From: Paecilomyces variotii | Lineage: Eukaryota | DNA: 64,000 nucleotides | Direction: 5' to 3' (one strand) | Assembly (NCBI GenBank): GCA_004022145.1 | Contig: RCNU01000003.1 | The notes under the pieces: generated by a model | What the model was told of the DNA's origin: nothing | Database searches by the model: none | Seen by the model: only the letters and a program-made list of their open reading frames with translations | Shown: positions 25,038 to 37,759 of the stretch, one piece after another | Numbering within the stretch: the stretch's first letter is position 1 | Layout of the letters: every line of letters begins with the position of its first letter | Program-made: the position numbers and the translations under genes

Positions 25038-27684
25038 CTATGAGGCAAGAGAACTAGCATCATTGTCGCTTGGATAGTAAAATGCCGCGACCCTAGAGAA
25101 AAGTTAGATTGGTATTTGGTTTGGACGATTCGAAGGAAATACGAAAAAACTCACGCTATGATAACGTAGGCGGCGATCAAAAGAGATCCTTCGAGGTAGT
25201 TACTCCTGCCATCGAGAACGAGGAAATTGACCACGAAGGCCGTCACGAAAAGACAGACGGTCTCGAACAGGGTGAAGTACAGAGACATATCGCGGTCCAT
25301 GCACCACCCAAGAATGACGACGAGAGGCGTGACAAAGATAGCTGCATCAAGTAGTCAGTATAATCTGTTTTGTTAGGGCCAAGAGATTGCCTAGGTGCTT
25401 ACCGATTTGAATACTACTGCCAACAGAGACACCGATGGCGAGATCCATCTTGTTCTTCGTTGCAACACTGACAGCCGTAACGTGCTCTGCTGCGTTTCCA
25501 ACAATGGGCAAAATAATTAGACCAATAAAGGCCTGGCTGACATTGGAACTGGCAATCATTCCAGGAATAGCATCGACGAGAAATTCGGCGCACACAGCCA
25601 CCAGGGCAGTTGACACTAACAACATGACTACGGCAGAGGTACGGGACATTTCTGGAATTGGGCTCTCGGCAGGATGTTCAGTCTCCGTTGGAGGGGCATT
25701 GGGCGTGCGAGCAGCTGTTCTGGCGAATTGCATGGCGTTACCAACACCAGACATTCTGGCAGCGCGGACAGGAAGCGAATTGGTGCGTTTAATGCCACTG
25801 GGACCAGCACTGGGGTATGCTGAAGATGCAGTTGGCGGGTATCGAGGAGAAAACACAGTGTTTGTCAAAATAGGCGGAATTGAGGGGAATGGTATTCTGC
25901 GCTTGCGAATATCGTCAGCGGTCGCACCGGCTGTCTGAGCCGGGACTTTGCGTTCAACAGATGGTTCCGAATGGTAGGTTGTCAAAGGAGGAAGCTGAGA
26001 TATATCATCGAGCGGCGCGATCTTCAGATCGTTTGCAGTATCCGTAACGTTCACGGGGTTGCTATGTCTCTTTGAATGTTTCTTGCCCTTTCGCCGCGAC
26101 TTCTTGCTTTTGATACTGCCTTGTTCTAACCCAAAGTCTCGAGAGAGAGGGCCCGCAAACCGCTGGGCATCATCATCCGCGTCATATCGAGTGTCCTCAG
26201 TGATGTCTGCAGCTGTGCGAGAGGATGCTCCATCCAAATGGCTTGCACTGGTTGCCTCTGCCGTCTGACTGCGAAGAGCACTCTTGTGATCCGATGATGT
26301 CCCCTTGGAGCTATTGGACTTTCTGCGCTTGCGATGTTTCATGGCTCGTCTGATGCGTTTCGCCGTGGTCCAGGATGTATTCGAATCGTCAGAATCATCA
26401 GTAGAGCTGTCAGACGAATCCGAGGAGTTCATGAAATCCGCCAGTACACCTGGATGTGATTCCTCATCGATGATCTGCTGGGGAATACTGGCGTAGAGGT
26501 ATGCGTGGGACTTCAATTGGAAAACGATGTATAGAATGTAGACCAAGAGAAGGACCTAAAAACAATTAGACTATGATCCAGATTCGAACTCAATTAGACG
26601 CTCACAATACTAGTCCCACGGCTGACTTTCAGGGAATATTTATCCGCATTCGCATTGCTTGCCCACGATGCGTGGAAAGCTGTCGGTAGAAGTAAACTTG
26701 TGACGCTCAGACTCAGCAAACAAGCACTCATCTGCGTGACAGTGCTGTTGTATATCTGTTCCTGGAATCGAAGACCTCCCAGCAGGAAGGCCATTCCTAG
26801 AATTAGGAGTAGGTTGGCGAGAATTGAGCCAAGTAGTGAGGCTTGTACGACTCGAATTTCATTCTGGACGGCTGTCAGACCTAGTCAATCGTCGGGAGAA
26901 CAGTAATCACATACCTTGACTAGAGCAATACTATGACAAGAGCTCAACATTAGCTTGGGGTCAGGCCATCTCCAGAGCAGCTACAGAGACTTACATGCTA
27001 GTCAGATTAAGTTAGCAAAGTTCGGTTGTCAATCACGGGTGGTGTGCAGACTCACAAAATAATCAATTCGACCGCATTGCCAAATGTGACGTTGATCAGA
27101 GCACCCACGGTGTCACCAAGACGACTTGCTACATGTTCAGTAGCGTGGGCCAACAATCCCGCCAGGGGAACGATAGCGACGGCGTTCATAGCAAAGATGA
27201 TAGAAGGATTCATCCCAACGGCCTCAACAGCTATACCGACCGGGACAAAGACCAACAGCACATTGACCCAGGAGTGGCATAGAGCACTCTTGGTATGACT
27301 GCAGAAGCGAATCGATCCATTTTTCATCCGGGTAAATATGCCCTGCTTGAGTTTATCGTCTTCACCATTCCCTTCCTTTGTAGCAACAACCGTGCCTGTA
27401 CTGTTGGCTGACACCGGAGGTTCGACATCGCGGGAATTGGCCGCAGGTTCCTCAGTTTCCTTCTGTCGCAAGTTCGATCTCCTTGCCGGATTCTGAGTCG
27501 GGAGAGGACTACCGGACGCGTGAGCTTTCGCCCACGATTTAATACGGTCTAGGTCAGGTAAAAGGGTCAGTGTTCGTGGCGTTCGCGATGATCGACGCGC
27601 TGCTGTTCTTGATACCTTATCGGGAAAGTATACGCGTGCAGCATGGTAGAAAGGGGTTCAGGACAGGTGTTCGAACTTACGCAT
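25038..27684 (-). CDS. Ca2+/H+ exchanger (CAX/VCX1 family), multi-exon
   Basis: Alpha repeats FGNAVE and VGNAAEH, plus LGSILANLLL, FQLKSH and GSSIQI. First coding exon is ATGC followed by GTAAGT. Micro-exons at 26995-26997 and 26915-26930. Confidence 0.9.
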
Positions 27685-29397
27685 AAATCAGAAGATACGC
27701 CTAAGAGGATCCCAAAAGGCTTCCACAAGGGGAACGAGACAGCAATAAATCGAGGCAAGAGAAAAAAGAGAGAAGTTTGCTTCGTGCTGAAATATGAGTC
27801 TTGATTCAAATGCCAAGGTGCTAAGTTACTCGTAAGAAACGGCTTAGCGCCTTGCGCAATTAGTAGAGTAACTAGCAGCCCTGTTTCAACGGAGCGGGCC
27901 AACAACGTAGATCCTACTATTTTACTGTATTTGGTATGGAGCCAGCTCAGATCCTACGACGTCCATACACTACCATATTCTTGTTATCATTATTATTTAG
28001 AGTATCCATACTCGACCAGCACACCTTCTCTACGCCACACGCCGTCTATCCACTCGTCCATGAGTCACTTCTTGGATCTTATTATTACTAGTTATCAATT
28101 CAGCCTTGGTATATGACGCAGATAACACTCCAGAGTGGCTGAGCTAGCGGAGACGGCGTCGCACCGCCGCAGTAGGTGGCAAGTCACGTGCCGAGCTTGC
28201 CCCTGATTGTTCTAACCTCCTGATACGGATCAACATGCCGCAACAATGGTGCACCGATAGACGAGACGACAAATGTATGACGCATAACGATTCTGCTCGG
28301 ATAAATCGCGCACAATTTATTCCAGGATTCTGTCGGAATGTCAATTTTACAAGGCGGTGCTGTCGGAAATGGCCTGGGCGTCCCTAATACAATTTCACGA
28401 AGGTCTCAACTCCAACAGCAGACGTCCATTGTGAAATACGAAAATACGAATAGATCAGAGACCTACCTAATAGATACCTAGTTCTGTACATGCAAAGCCC
28501 AAACAGGCATGAGTCTATGCGACGTTGATTTAGAGTCATATGTTACTACTATTCAAGGGACCCTAGCCGCATTGATCTCCATGATCTGCAAACAGGTATT
28601 TAAAGACTTACGTCGCACGGAAAATTAATATGTCCTATTACTACAAGGATCTATCTACTCCAACTCATTTGCGCCTTTTCTTGTAACCGCCTTGGGATAT
28701 CTTTTCCTCATGTAATAGTCTAAATGCTTCTAGTTGCGTTGCTGAAGCACAAGTGGTATGGGTCAGTGTAATCCTCGTATGGCACCACATCCGAACAGGA
28801 ACTACGCGCGCAACTGTCACGAACTACTCTATCAGGGGGAAAAGCTACTAGTGAAACGCCAGAAAGCTTAATCGACGTTCATCAGTTCTGTTCTTGGGAA
28901 AAAGACGTCGATCTGCTGCCTGACCCGCTGCTGGCCTCCCGGCTGTTTGGGACTGCTTATCCTGATACTCCTAGTTAGAAGATCATGTCGCGTAGGATAT
29001 AATCTCTAAAGCACATATAAAACAGGATGATTTCCATGAAATATACAAAATTACGATAAAGATATAGCCATTTAATTGTGGTAGTAATATGAGGGAGCTG
29101 GAGGTTTCATACCAGGGACGTGGTATAACTTCACAATGCACTAAACTGGAAATTACAAACGCGCAGATGGAGATACAACACCATGTTATTTTCAGATTTG
29201 CTGTGATCAAGTGGATGTTAGAGCTTCAAGTTACGTCAGCTGCCTGAATGCTGCCTCGAGGGCCACGCAGGGCTCCATGTTATTGCCAATCGAGCCCAAC
29301 CCACCGCCAACCTAGAACGGCCTCAGCTCCCAGACCAGCACATGACCCTCCTTCCTCCAGAGAGTATATATATCAAAGTAAGAATATTCGATTTAAC

Positions 29398-30101
29398 GAG
29401 TCAGTGGACTAGTGGTTAAGGACTGCGGGCCCCCCCGGTCCCCAAATTCCCCTCCAAAGAAAGGCTCGCCAGGTACTATGGTCAGGACAAACTCCGGGAG
29501 GGCGGGAGATAACAGCGCCATAGTGCCTGGATTTTTTTGCTGGTCTTTTCGGCTTCAGAAAAAGATTATAGGATATACTGGTTAAGAAGTTTTTTTAGAG
29601 CCTCTTTGAAGGCGGATCTGAGCGCGTATGGGGCCGTGGTGATTATGCTGTTTGGCGATTACGCCCTGAATCGAACCCTCGATCCATTGCAGTTGATAGA
29701 GCTGTTTTTATGCCTTTGAAAGCGGAAGGAGTAGGCAGTTCAATGTTATTGAAGTCAGGTGCCTGGGACGGTGAGCCGCAGGCCAGGCCTGAGCAGCGCA
29801 CAGCCCCTGCCTGTCGTCACCGGGGAATCATGAGTAGTCCCAAAAAAAGAAACGGAATTCTTTCTCCTACATACTTTCCGCTTCAAAGAGAGGAAGAACG
29901 TGGTTTCTGAAGCTCTGAAGATCTATATCAAAATACCCAGCGGGTACGACCCGATCCGCCTTGGCGGGAGAGGACACCCGGTTTGCTTGACCTCCAATCC
30001 TGTATTTAGGAATTCTTCAAAGGCTAAAAGCAGACTCAGAATATAGGGTTGAACTCAATGTTCCAACGTCTATTTTGATATCTCAATCATTGATGACAAT
30101 C
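29398..30101 (+). ncRNA. Candidate structured non-coding RNA of unknown class, boundaries approximate
   Basis: ORF-free segment with several 10-20 bp helices whose non-Watson-Crick pairs are mostly G-U on the + strand. TATATATA lies at ~29365. Confidence 0.5.
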
Positions 30102-30483
30102 GACGTCGAGTCCGACGACTTGTGGACTTGTAGTCCAAACAACGTTGTGGAGACCATGATACACCTTATTCTGACCCACACGAACTACCCACTCCGACGA
30201 TACTTTCGCTGACGAAGGATGGAGAGCTAGTCACGTATATGGCGGGACTTGAGGCATGGAAGGAGCCGTCTACATATGAGCTGCAACATTCATAATGCTT
30301 GTTTGGTTTTGATTATTCTATTTTCCCGCTGGATGCCAACTTTTGATACTGGCGAAAGAATGCCATAGACCTAATAATAAAGCACTCAAACAAGCCACAG
30401 CGATTACCGTGCATGCATATACTATGGAGAAAGCATAGTACGCCAACAATGTGATACCATAATGGTCGTCCAGGCAGCCAAAA

Positions 30484-33341
30484 CTACGAGACACTGGTAT
30501 TGAGTCGCTCTAGCCTCGAGGTAATGGCATCAATAACAGCAGATCTAGAAAGAGTCAGTAACGCAATATGAACATCATTTTACAGGGCACATACTCCCGC
30601 TCGACCATCCGCATAGCGTCCGCAAGTCTTGCTCTCTGCAACCTCGCGGGAACTCCTGGGACTCGGGGATAGGCGCTTGGACTCTCTGGAGTCCCTGGTT
30701 CTTTTCCTGCAGGAGTCTCTGTGGTGATTCGCTTGACTTCTGCCAGAAGGTCCGCAGCAAGGTTTTTAGCCTAGAGAAATTATCAGTCTGAGTTTGCAAC
30801 CAAACAGTTTCATGGAATAGTGGATTAATTACTGTTTCGAGCCTCTGGCCGAGTGCGCGGGACCTCTCATCTCCCCCCTCTTTAGTTTCAATGGATTGAG
30901 ATACGGTTTCCACTTCTCGTATCCAAGCCTTTTCCTTTTCGCTCAATGGTCGACCGCCCGAGTTCAAAACCTTATTTCTGATACTCTCATATCGCTGCAC
31001 TAGATGTTCCTGTCGGTCCTTTGCTGCTTGCAGTCTCTTGTCCAGGGCTGCTTCACTACGAGAACCTTCCTTCCTCTGGTCATCAGGGCCAATCTCGCTC
31101 GAGACACCCTTGATCCGCTCTGCCACATCCGCAAGCTGCTTTAATTGATCGTGCATCTCACCCCTCAACCGCTCACAGCGGCGGAAAAGATCAGATGCTG
31201 CTCTCTCTAGTGCGTTCGTGTGCGAAGACAGAAGTCTGTGTGCAGCAGCAACAAGATCCAAGGTTGACGGCGAAAGGCGAACCTGTTCTTTGAGAGAATG
31301 CCTATGACGATGAGGAACATTCTTTTCGACGAACGACTGCAGAGGCGATTCTGCATAGAGAATCGATGGGACCTGGTAAGGTGCCCGCCGGGGAGCAATA
31401 ACTGGTGGTCCATGAGCGAGGGCTTCGGACACTGAGGGCACAGAATCCGCCATGGACGGAAAGGCCGCACGGGCCGGAGCGTCGAGAAGTGCTGCATAAG
31501 GATGGGAGTCGCGATAAGTCAGAAGTAAGTAGCCAAGGTCATAATCATAGAAAACCAAGGAAGTTGACAGGTGACCGGGCTCTGTTGTCCCGACATCTTC
31601 GCCAGCTTGGATAATCTGCTCTCTTAGGGACAACGAGCCCTCGCAGAGAACTTGGAGACGGAAGGCTGACCCCGAAGTATCTTCTGACTGCAGCTCGGCT
31701 TCTAGTCTCTGGACCCAGGAGGATAGAGAGATGGAAGTCACATTGTTAGCAGTGGTCAGGAAGAAGCTATACCGCGAGTGAACATCAGGGGTGAATGTAG
31801 GCCACGAATAATCCTGCTGAGACTTCTCCCTGACAGTCTCCAACGACTCCAGTAGAACAAGATCGGAGGGCTCAGAAATGGGCGTCGTAAAAGCGTTCTT
31901 CTTGGCTTTCGGCAGCCACTGACCTTCGACACCGTCAAGTTCGAGACATATATCGACCCTGCCACTAGCAGTGGAGACACATATGACAGTGGCCGACAAT
32001 CCGTCCTGGGAATTCTCTTCCAGGAACTGTTCTTCCTCCTCACCAGTCATCAGATCATCCATGTTGACTTTTGCTGCAATGACGTGAATGTCTGTAAGAT
32101 CCAAATCGTCGACCTCTTCGCCGAAGTCGTAACGGAAAGGACCCTGTAGTCTTGGAATGGCGCTGGGGACTGCGGGCCGTGTCAGAATTTGGTGTTCTGG
32201 GAAAGCCTCCGAAACTGACAAAGTGTCCTGGTTGTCGATTTCCCTGAGCCAATCAAACTGTTGCCGGCAGGCCGTCAGCTCGTCTCCAACATCAGTAGCG
32301 TCCTCTTCAAGGGCAGCAAGTTTCGGGATAATGGCTGCAGACAAGGACGGAATCGTAGTTGACGGGGCTTGCCACTTGGAAGGCAGCAGAGGACAGAGCG
32401 CATAAAGGTCGCCTGGTCTCATAGCAACCCATAGAGTCATTGGAGCCCAACCTGCTTCGCCCTCATGACCACTGCCGCCGAAAGAAGCGGATGCGACCTC
32501 CATGTCAAAGGCATCAGCGGAGAAACCCTTATTCTTTCCGAACCCAGAAGGAGAGAAATCTTCGTCGCATGATGTGCCATCGACTAGTTTCTTCAGGTCA
32601 ATCGCCAATGTCGGCCGGTCAAAGGACCAGTGGTTGTTCCGATCAAGTTCCCATACGCGAACCGCAGCGTCAGCGGTGACAGTCACTATACATCCACACA
32701 GATTATCATATATTCCTAGTGGATGCCAGAGAGCAGATATCACGGGCGACTCGGGGATGACGTGAGTAGTCGGACCCAGTTGATAGGTCTTCAGACGGAT
32801 AGGCGTAGGGTCATTGTTGGACAGATGTGAAGAGTCCGGAAGGACGGAGATGTGGACAGTATGGGCCGTCACAATAGCCATGAAGGCACCATTTGGAGAA
32901 GGAATCAATTGTCTGATTTGCCCATACACCGGGACAGTCAGTACCTGGAACTGTCAGTTACATCACGGGAATAGCGCCTTGCGGAAGCCGTCACCCTACC
33001 CTATAGTATGCTTGCGAGCTATCACCACCTGTTTCTGTGCCTTCTGTGGTTCTGTTCTGAGTGTCGTCGCCCTGCCTAGCGCTCTTTCTTTTTGATCTTG
33101 CTTCAAGCTGCCATTCGTCTTTCAAGGTCGTCAAGTTCGACCAGCGAATCTGATTGTCCACGACGGCGAACACTTCCGAGCCTCTTTTCGCCAGAATCCT
33201 CGTCGGTCCCTCATGTCTAGCAAGCGCCTGGCCATTTCCCGCTTGCGCACCGGGGCTTTGAGGTGCGGCGCTCGTGAAAAAGCTAGCTCCTGGTGAAGGC
33301 CTACAAAGCCAGGGAGGAGTGAAGCTGATCACTTTCGGCAT
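30484..33341 (-). CDS. NUP82: Nucleoporin Nup82
   Basis: MPKVISFTPPWL start, beta-propeller region (WHPLG, DLYALCPLLP) and C-terminal coiled coil. Three introns. Confidence 0.8.
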
Positions 33342-33674
33342 GGTGATGGGTGAGGTTTCGCGGCAGTGAAAAGGCGGGCGCAAGAGGAAATTGTGAAGTA
33401 ACAATTGGAGAATAAATTTCGATTAGGAGACAATACCCATGCCTTCACTGCGCCTATATGTTTGCGCAGAGAATTGGCAGCTCTGTCGTGGTCGGAGACA
33501 ACAGATGCGGCGGCGCCCTTGTGCTTTTTTGGGGAAGTTTTGGCGGAGCGGAAGCTGTCTGGAAAAGCGCGCCAAGAGCTAGTTAGCTTGGATGGCTCTG
33601 TTGATGAACTCGGCAACCTACTCTTCTACTGTCGCTACAACACGTCGAACGCAACACAACAATTGTCTGCGACC

Positions 33675-34432
33675 ATGATGAATGTACGGAATACTGTGGA
33701 CAGGCTGGACAAGCCTAGCGCGTATTATCTAGGAAAGGTATGGCATTTCCCTCCTTAGGGTGGTGCGAATACCTGCTGACGACCGTCTTCTACAGAACAG
33801 GAAGCGCAAGTTCAGCCATGACCGAGATGAGAACGAGAACCAGCCTGCTGAGGATCCTCTTGACCCTTTGAGGAACGCCACCACTCTTTATGTTGGAAAC
33901 CTGTAGGCGCGCCAAATTCTACCGGTCCCTGCGTTCCTGACACTGACGATTGTTCAGGTCTTTCTACACCACAGAGGAGCAGATCCACGAGCTCTTTGCA
34001 AAGTATGTACTACATGAGGACGCAGACATTGCCAGATAACTGATCGGTTCAACAGGTGTGGTGAGATTAAGCGTCTCGTCATGGGCCTGGACCGGTTTTC
34101 GAAGACTCCTTGCGGTTTCTGCTTTGTCGAATACTACACCCACGAAGATGCCCTTGATTGCTTAAAATACATTGGTGGAACCAAGCTGGATGAGAGAATT
34201 ATCAGAACAGACCTTGACCCCGGCTTCCAAGAAGGAAGGCAGTACGGGTACGTGGCCACATGTGCCCCTTGTGGCTGACGAGAGCTTGCTAACGTGAACC
34301 AGCCGAGGCAAATCTGGCGGACAGGTTCGCGACGAATATAGAGATGAATATGACCCGGGACGTGGAGGCTATGGCCGCGCAATGGCGGAGCAGCGCAGAA
34401 AAGAGGAAGAAGAGTACGGGAAAGGTAGGTAA
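33675..34432 (+). CDS. CBC2: Nuclear cap-binding complex small subunit (CBP20)
   Basis: [28 protein letters not shown] and [18 protein letters not shown] across several introns. Confidence 0.95.
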
Positions 34433-34563
34433 TTTGGTTTGTTGATCTAGGCGTATACACGGCGTTGGATGGGAATCCTTGTTCTATGGTATGGTGCAAG
34501 AAAAGAAAAAGTCTACCTGATATCATACCCAGCATATACAATGTAAAAGATCATCGAGAGCAA

Positions 34564-35479
34564 TCATCTCAAAGGCAAGCCTTCTGCGTTCCGTCTCTTG
34601 TTCACAGCTTCCTGTACCTGCAGCAACCACCAGGCGTGGATTCTCGCATCGTCCGTGAGCTCTGGGTGAAAGCTCGTTCCAAAGACATTGCCCTGTCTGA
34701 CGGCGATGATATCACCGGTTTCCTGCTCAGCAGGTATATCCACTCCAGCGGTGGCTAGTCTCGCCGCTCGTCCAGGCAGTTTTGCCAACACTTCCACATG
34801 GTCTTCCATCGCGTCCTTAGCGGCCTGGTCCTTGGCCTCTCGCGAAGGAGCGATGACGGTTTCCTCTCTCTTCTCCTCTTCCATCTGGATGCCATCTTGA
34901 TGGGGCAGAATCTTTTCGACCACTGGAGCGCGAATGAAAACTCCAGTGAAAGGAGACGTTTGCTGGGGATTGGACTCTAGCGCTTCAAGGAAGGGAAGTT
35001 CCAGCGGCGCCTGGAAACTCTCGGTCTGGCGACCGAAGTGGTTTCTGTTGACTCTGACATCGAGGCCGCCGATGAGTTCCTGGCCACCTTTCTTGGTCCG
35101 GTTCGCAGATTCCGCAAGGAGGATCAGCCCAGCGCAGGTGCCCCATACTGGCTTGCGATCGAGCCTAAGTGCAGGAAAATGTCAGCGTACAGCTCGAAGC
35201 CACACCTAAATCACCGCCTACTTACTTGACGAAGTCCCGCAGGGGTTCCAACAAATTGGAGCTTGCAGCCACCAGAGAGATCGTGGTGCTCTCACCTCCC
35301 GGCAAGATCAGAGCCTCGCATCGGTCAAGCTGCTCCTTAGTCCGCACTTCGATAAATTCCCATTGTGAGGCCGGAATACTCTGGGACTGCTCCAGACTGG
35401 TGGCAGCCTTCTTGAGCAGCTGCAGATGCTCGTAGAAAGCGCCCTGGAGGGCAAGAACTCCCACTGTGATGCCGCTCAT
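34564..35479 (-). CDS. PDX2: Pyridoxal 5'-phosphate synthase glutaminase subunit (SNO/pyroB)
   Basis: GVLALQGAF, ILPGGESTT, WGTCAGLI, RNHFGRQ, FIRAP and TSFHPELT. Confidence 0.95.
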
Positions 35480-35996
35480 TGATCTGTAAGCTCCAATATA
35501 CAACGAGTCATGGCATCCCACTTTCGCGCCACTTTGAGTCGCTATCGGGATGGATGTTTCTGCCACCGCCGGGATCAACGTCGGGCCGTGAACTCAGTCT
35601 CAGTTACTCTTTCAAGTAGTCCATACCATGTCCATTGGTTTCATGACTCAGGAGAGACCAGAAACTGGAATTGGAATCACTCACGGAGAGGTCCTCGTAT
35701 TTACTAATTATGCGCCCGAGCACACATCTTTGAATAATGGCTAGATATGATATTATAAAAGCTTCAGGTGGGGCGAATTTCCTTCGATGGGGCGGATAGA
35801 TACTTAAACTCCATTGATCTTACCGACCCCAGCTCGTAGATAGATTTTCGGGCTGTAATAATATACTACTGCTAGTACTACTACCCATCTATAAAACCCA
35901 CCCCCAAATCGCATAAGCAATGCACATTTCGAGATAAAATACGCTTCAATTCAGAACCTCAATCTACAGTACATACATACATACATACTTCAAACC

Positions 35997-37106
35997 ATGT
36001 CCGCCTCAAACTCCCCATCCCTAACAAGATGGTACATCGACACCCGCCCTCTAACATCTTCAACTCTACCCCTCCTCGAAACCCTCCAACCAGCAGACCA
36101 AGAATCAGTCCAGAGATTCTACCAACTGCCCGATCGTCACATGTCCCTGGCTTCAAACCTGCTCAAGTACCTATTTATTCATCGAACGTGTCGGATTCCC
36201 TGGGCTGAAATCAGCATCAGTCGCACGCCGGCGCCTCATCGGAGACCATGTTTTATACCTTCGCAGAAACAGAAGGATGGATCTTGCAGCGATGTTCCTA
36301 TTCCGAATGTTGAGTTTAATGTTAGTCATCAGGCGTCGTTGGTTGCGTTGGCGGGGTGTGTTGTGCCATCGTCTTCTTCTTCTTCATCTTCATCAACTTC
36401 GTCTGGGACGGCAAAAGTTACACCATCACAAGCGGATCTATTCTCTAAACCCCCAACTCCAGCCTCCGCACCAAACCACTCAATCCCCCAAGTCGGGATA
36501 GACATCACGTGCGTGGACGAACGATCCCGCCGACGTAAAGATTCTATCCCCGCAACACCTCAAGCACTAGCTGAATTCGTCGATATATTCGCCGAAGTCT
36601 TCTCGCCACAGGAGCTGGAAACGATCAAAAACATCGCGATCTCTAGCGAGATCAGCGACAATTCCAATTCTGATTCTGCGTCTGCAAGTGAAAGACCCAC
36701 GCAAGCTGTCAATAAGGGTTTACGACTCTTTTACGCCTACTGGGCTCTGAAGGAAGCGTATATTAAAATGACCGGGGAAGCACTTCTGGCGCCGTGGCTG
36801 AGACAGTTGGAATTCACGGATGTGGTTGCACCGGAGTCTGTTGTTAGTAATGCTGGTGCTGGAGAAGGGTCTGGGTTTAGTGAGCCGTATACGGGTGTGA
36901 AGACTTGGTTATATGGGAAGAAGGTGGAGGATGTGCGGGTCGAGGTTGTGGCGTTCGAGAGGGACTACCTGATCGCGACGGCGGCAAGAGGTGGGCAGAT
37001 TGGAGCAGGGAGTATGAATGATGCGTGGGGGAATCTGGAGAGGATTGATATTGAGAAGGATGTTGCACCTTGTGCGAAGGGCCAGTGTCGGTGTTTGGAT
37101 CGATGA
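35997..37106 (+). CDS. npgA: Sfp-type 4'-phosphopantetheinyl transferase
   Basis: FNVSHQ, VGIDI and YWALKEAYIKMTGEAL. Confidence 0.95.
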   Translation: MSASNSPSLTRWYIDTRPLTSSTLPLLETLQPADQESVQRFYQLPDRHMSLASNLLKYLFIHRTCRIPWAEISISRTPAPHRRPCFIPSQKQKDGSCSDVPIPNVEFNVSHQASLVALAGCVVPSSSSSSSSSTSSGTAKVTPSQADLFSKPPTPASAPNHSIPQVGIDITCVDERSRRRKDSIPATPQALAEFVDIFAEVFSPQELETIKNIAISSEISDNSNSDSASASERPTQAVNKGLRLFYAYWALKEAYIKMTGEALLAPWLRQLEFTDVVAPESVVSNAGAGEGSGFSEPYTGVKTWLYGKKVEDVRVEVVAFERDYLIATAARGGQIGAGSMNDAWGNLERIDIEKDVAPCAKGQCRCLDR

Positions 37107-37759
37107 TTGGTTTTGATTGATTGGTTGTCGTGTTGAATTTGAATTTCCGATTTGTGCATGTTTACATGATATGTGATATATTTTTTATCCTATTCAGGAT
37201 TTATACGATTACAGATGGATAATTACCAAGAGCGAAAGTTCTGAGTGCAGTCCAGCGAACTTTTTACATTTCTTCATTCTATCATTGGCATCTATCCTAA
37301 GACGGCAAAAGCCGTGCTCGATCTGCTCTTCTGATTCATGCGTTGTGCTTTCGATGGGAGCGAAAAAGGAAAAGGGAGATCTAGGTTGGTATAATAACGT
37401 GAAGTCATAGCTGGCTACTGTGCAACAAGACGAAAGCAGCCTCTCGACAAATTAAGTAATAGTGAATCCACACATCCCGCTCGGTATCCATCTAGTGGCT
37501 GGCGTATAATTTGAGTCCAGTTAACTCGACTCGTAGTTCGCTCGATCCTTTCTCTTCCAAAATCCTTAATCCTGTCTGCTAGTCGAGCACAATGATGAAC
37601 GTGTGCTCGGGCGGGAAACTGAGCGTATCTTGCTACTATCGACACCCGGATGGACAATCACGGCTTTGTCCAAGTGAACACCACAGGAAGCCCATTGTAG
37701 GTATATACTACCATTTTTACGTGGTAGGGAAGCTGTTGAACACTGGCTAGTATCACAAA

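Noticed and set aside
29398-29430. tRNA gene
   Set aside because: An A-box-like D-loop is present, but there is no pairing D-stem, anticodon arm or T-arm.
27700-30480. Telomerase RNA as the identity of the long CAX-NUP82 intergenic region
   Set aside because: I found no 1.5-repeat template (TAACCCTAA-like) on either strand. Only TAGGGTT at ~30044 matches, which is too short and on the strand disfavoured by G-U pairing. It cannot be fully excluded if the telomere repeat is unusual.
36368-36403. Poly-Ser insertion in NpgA
   Set aside because: Low-complexity loop expansion, common and uninformative.
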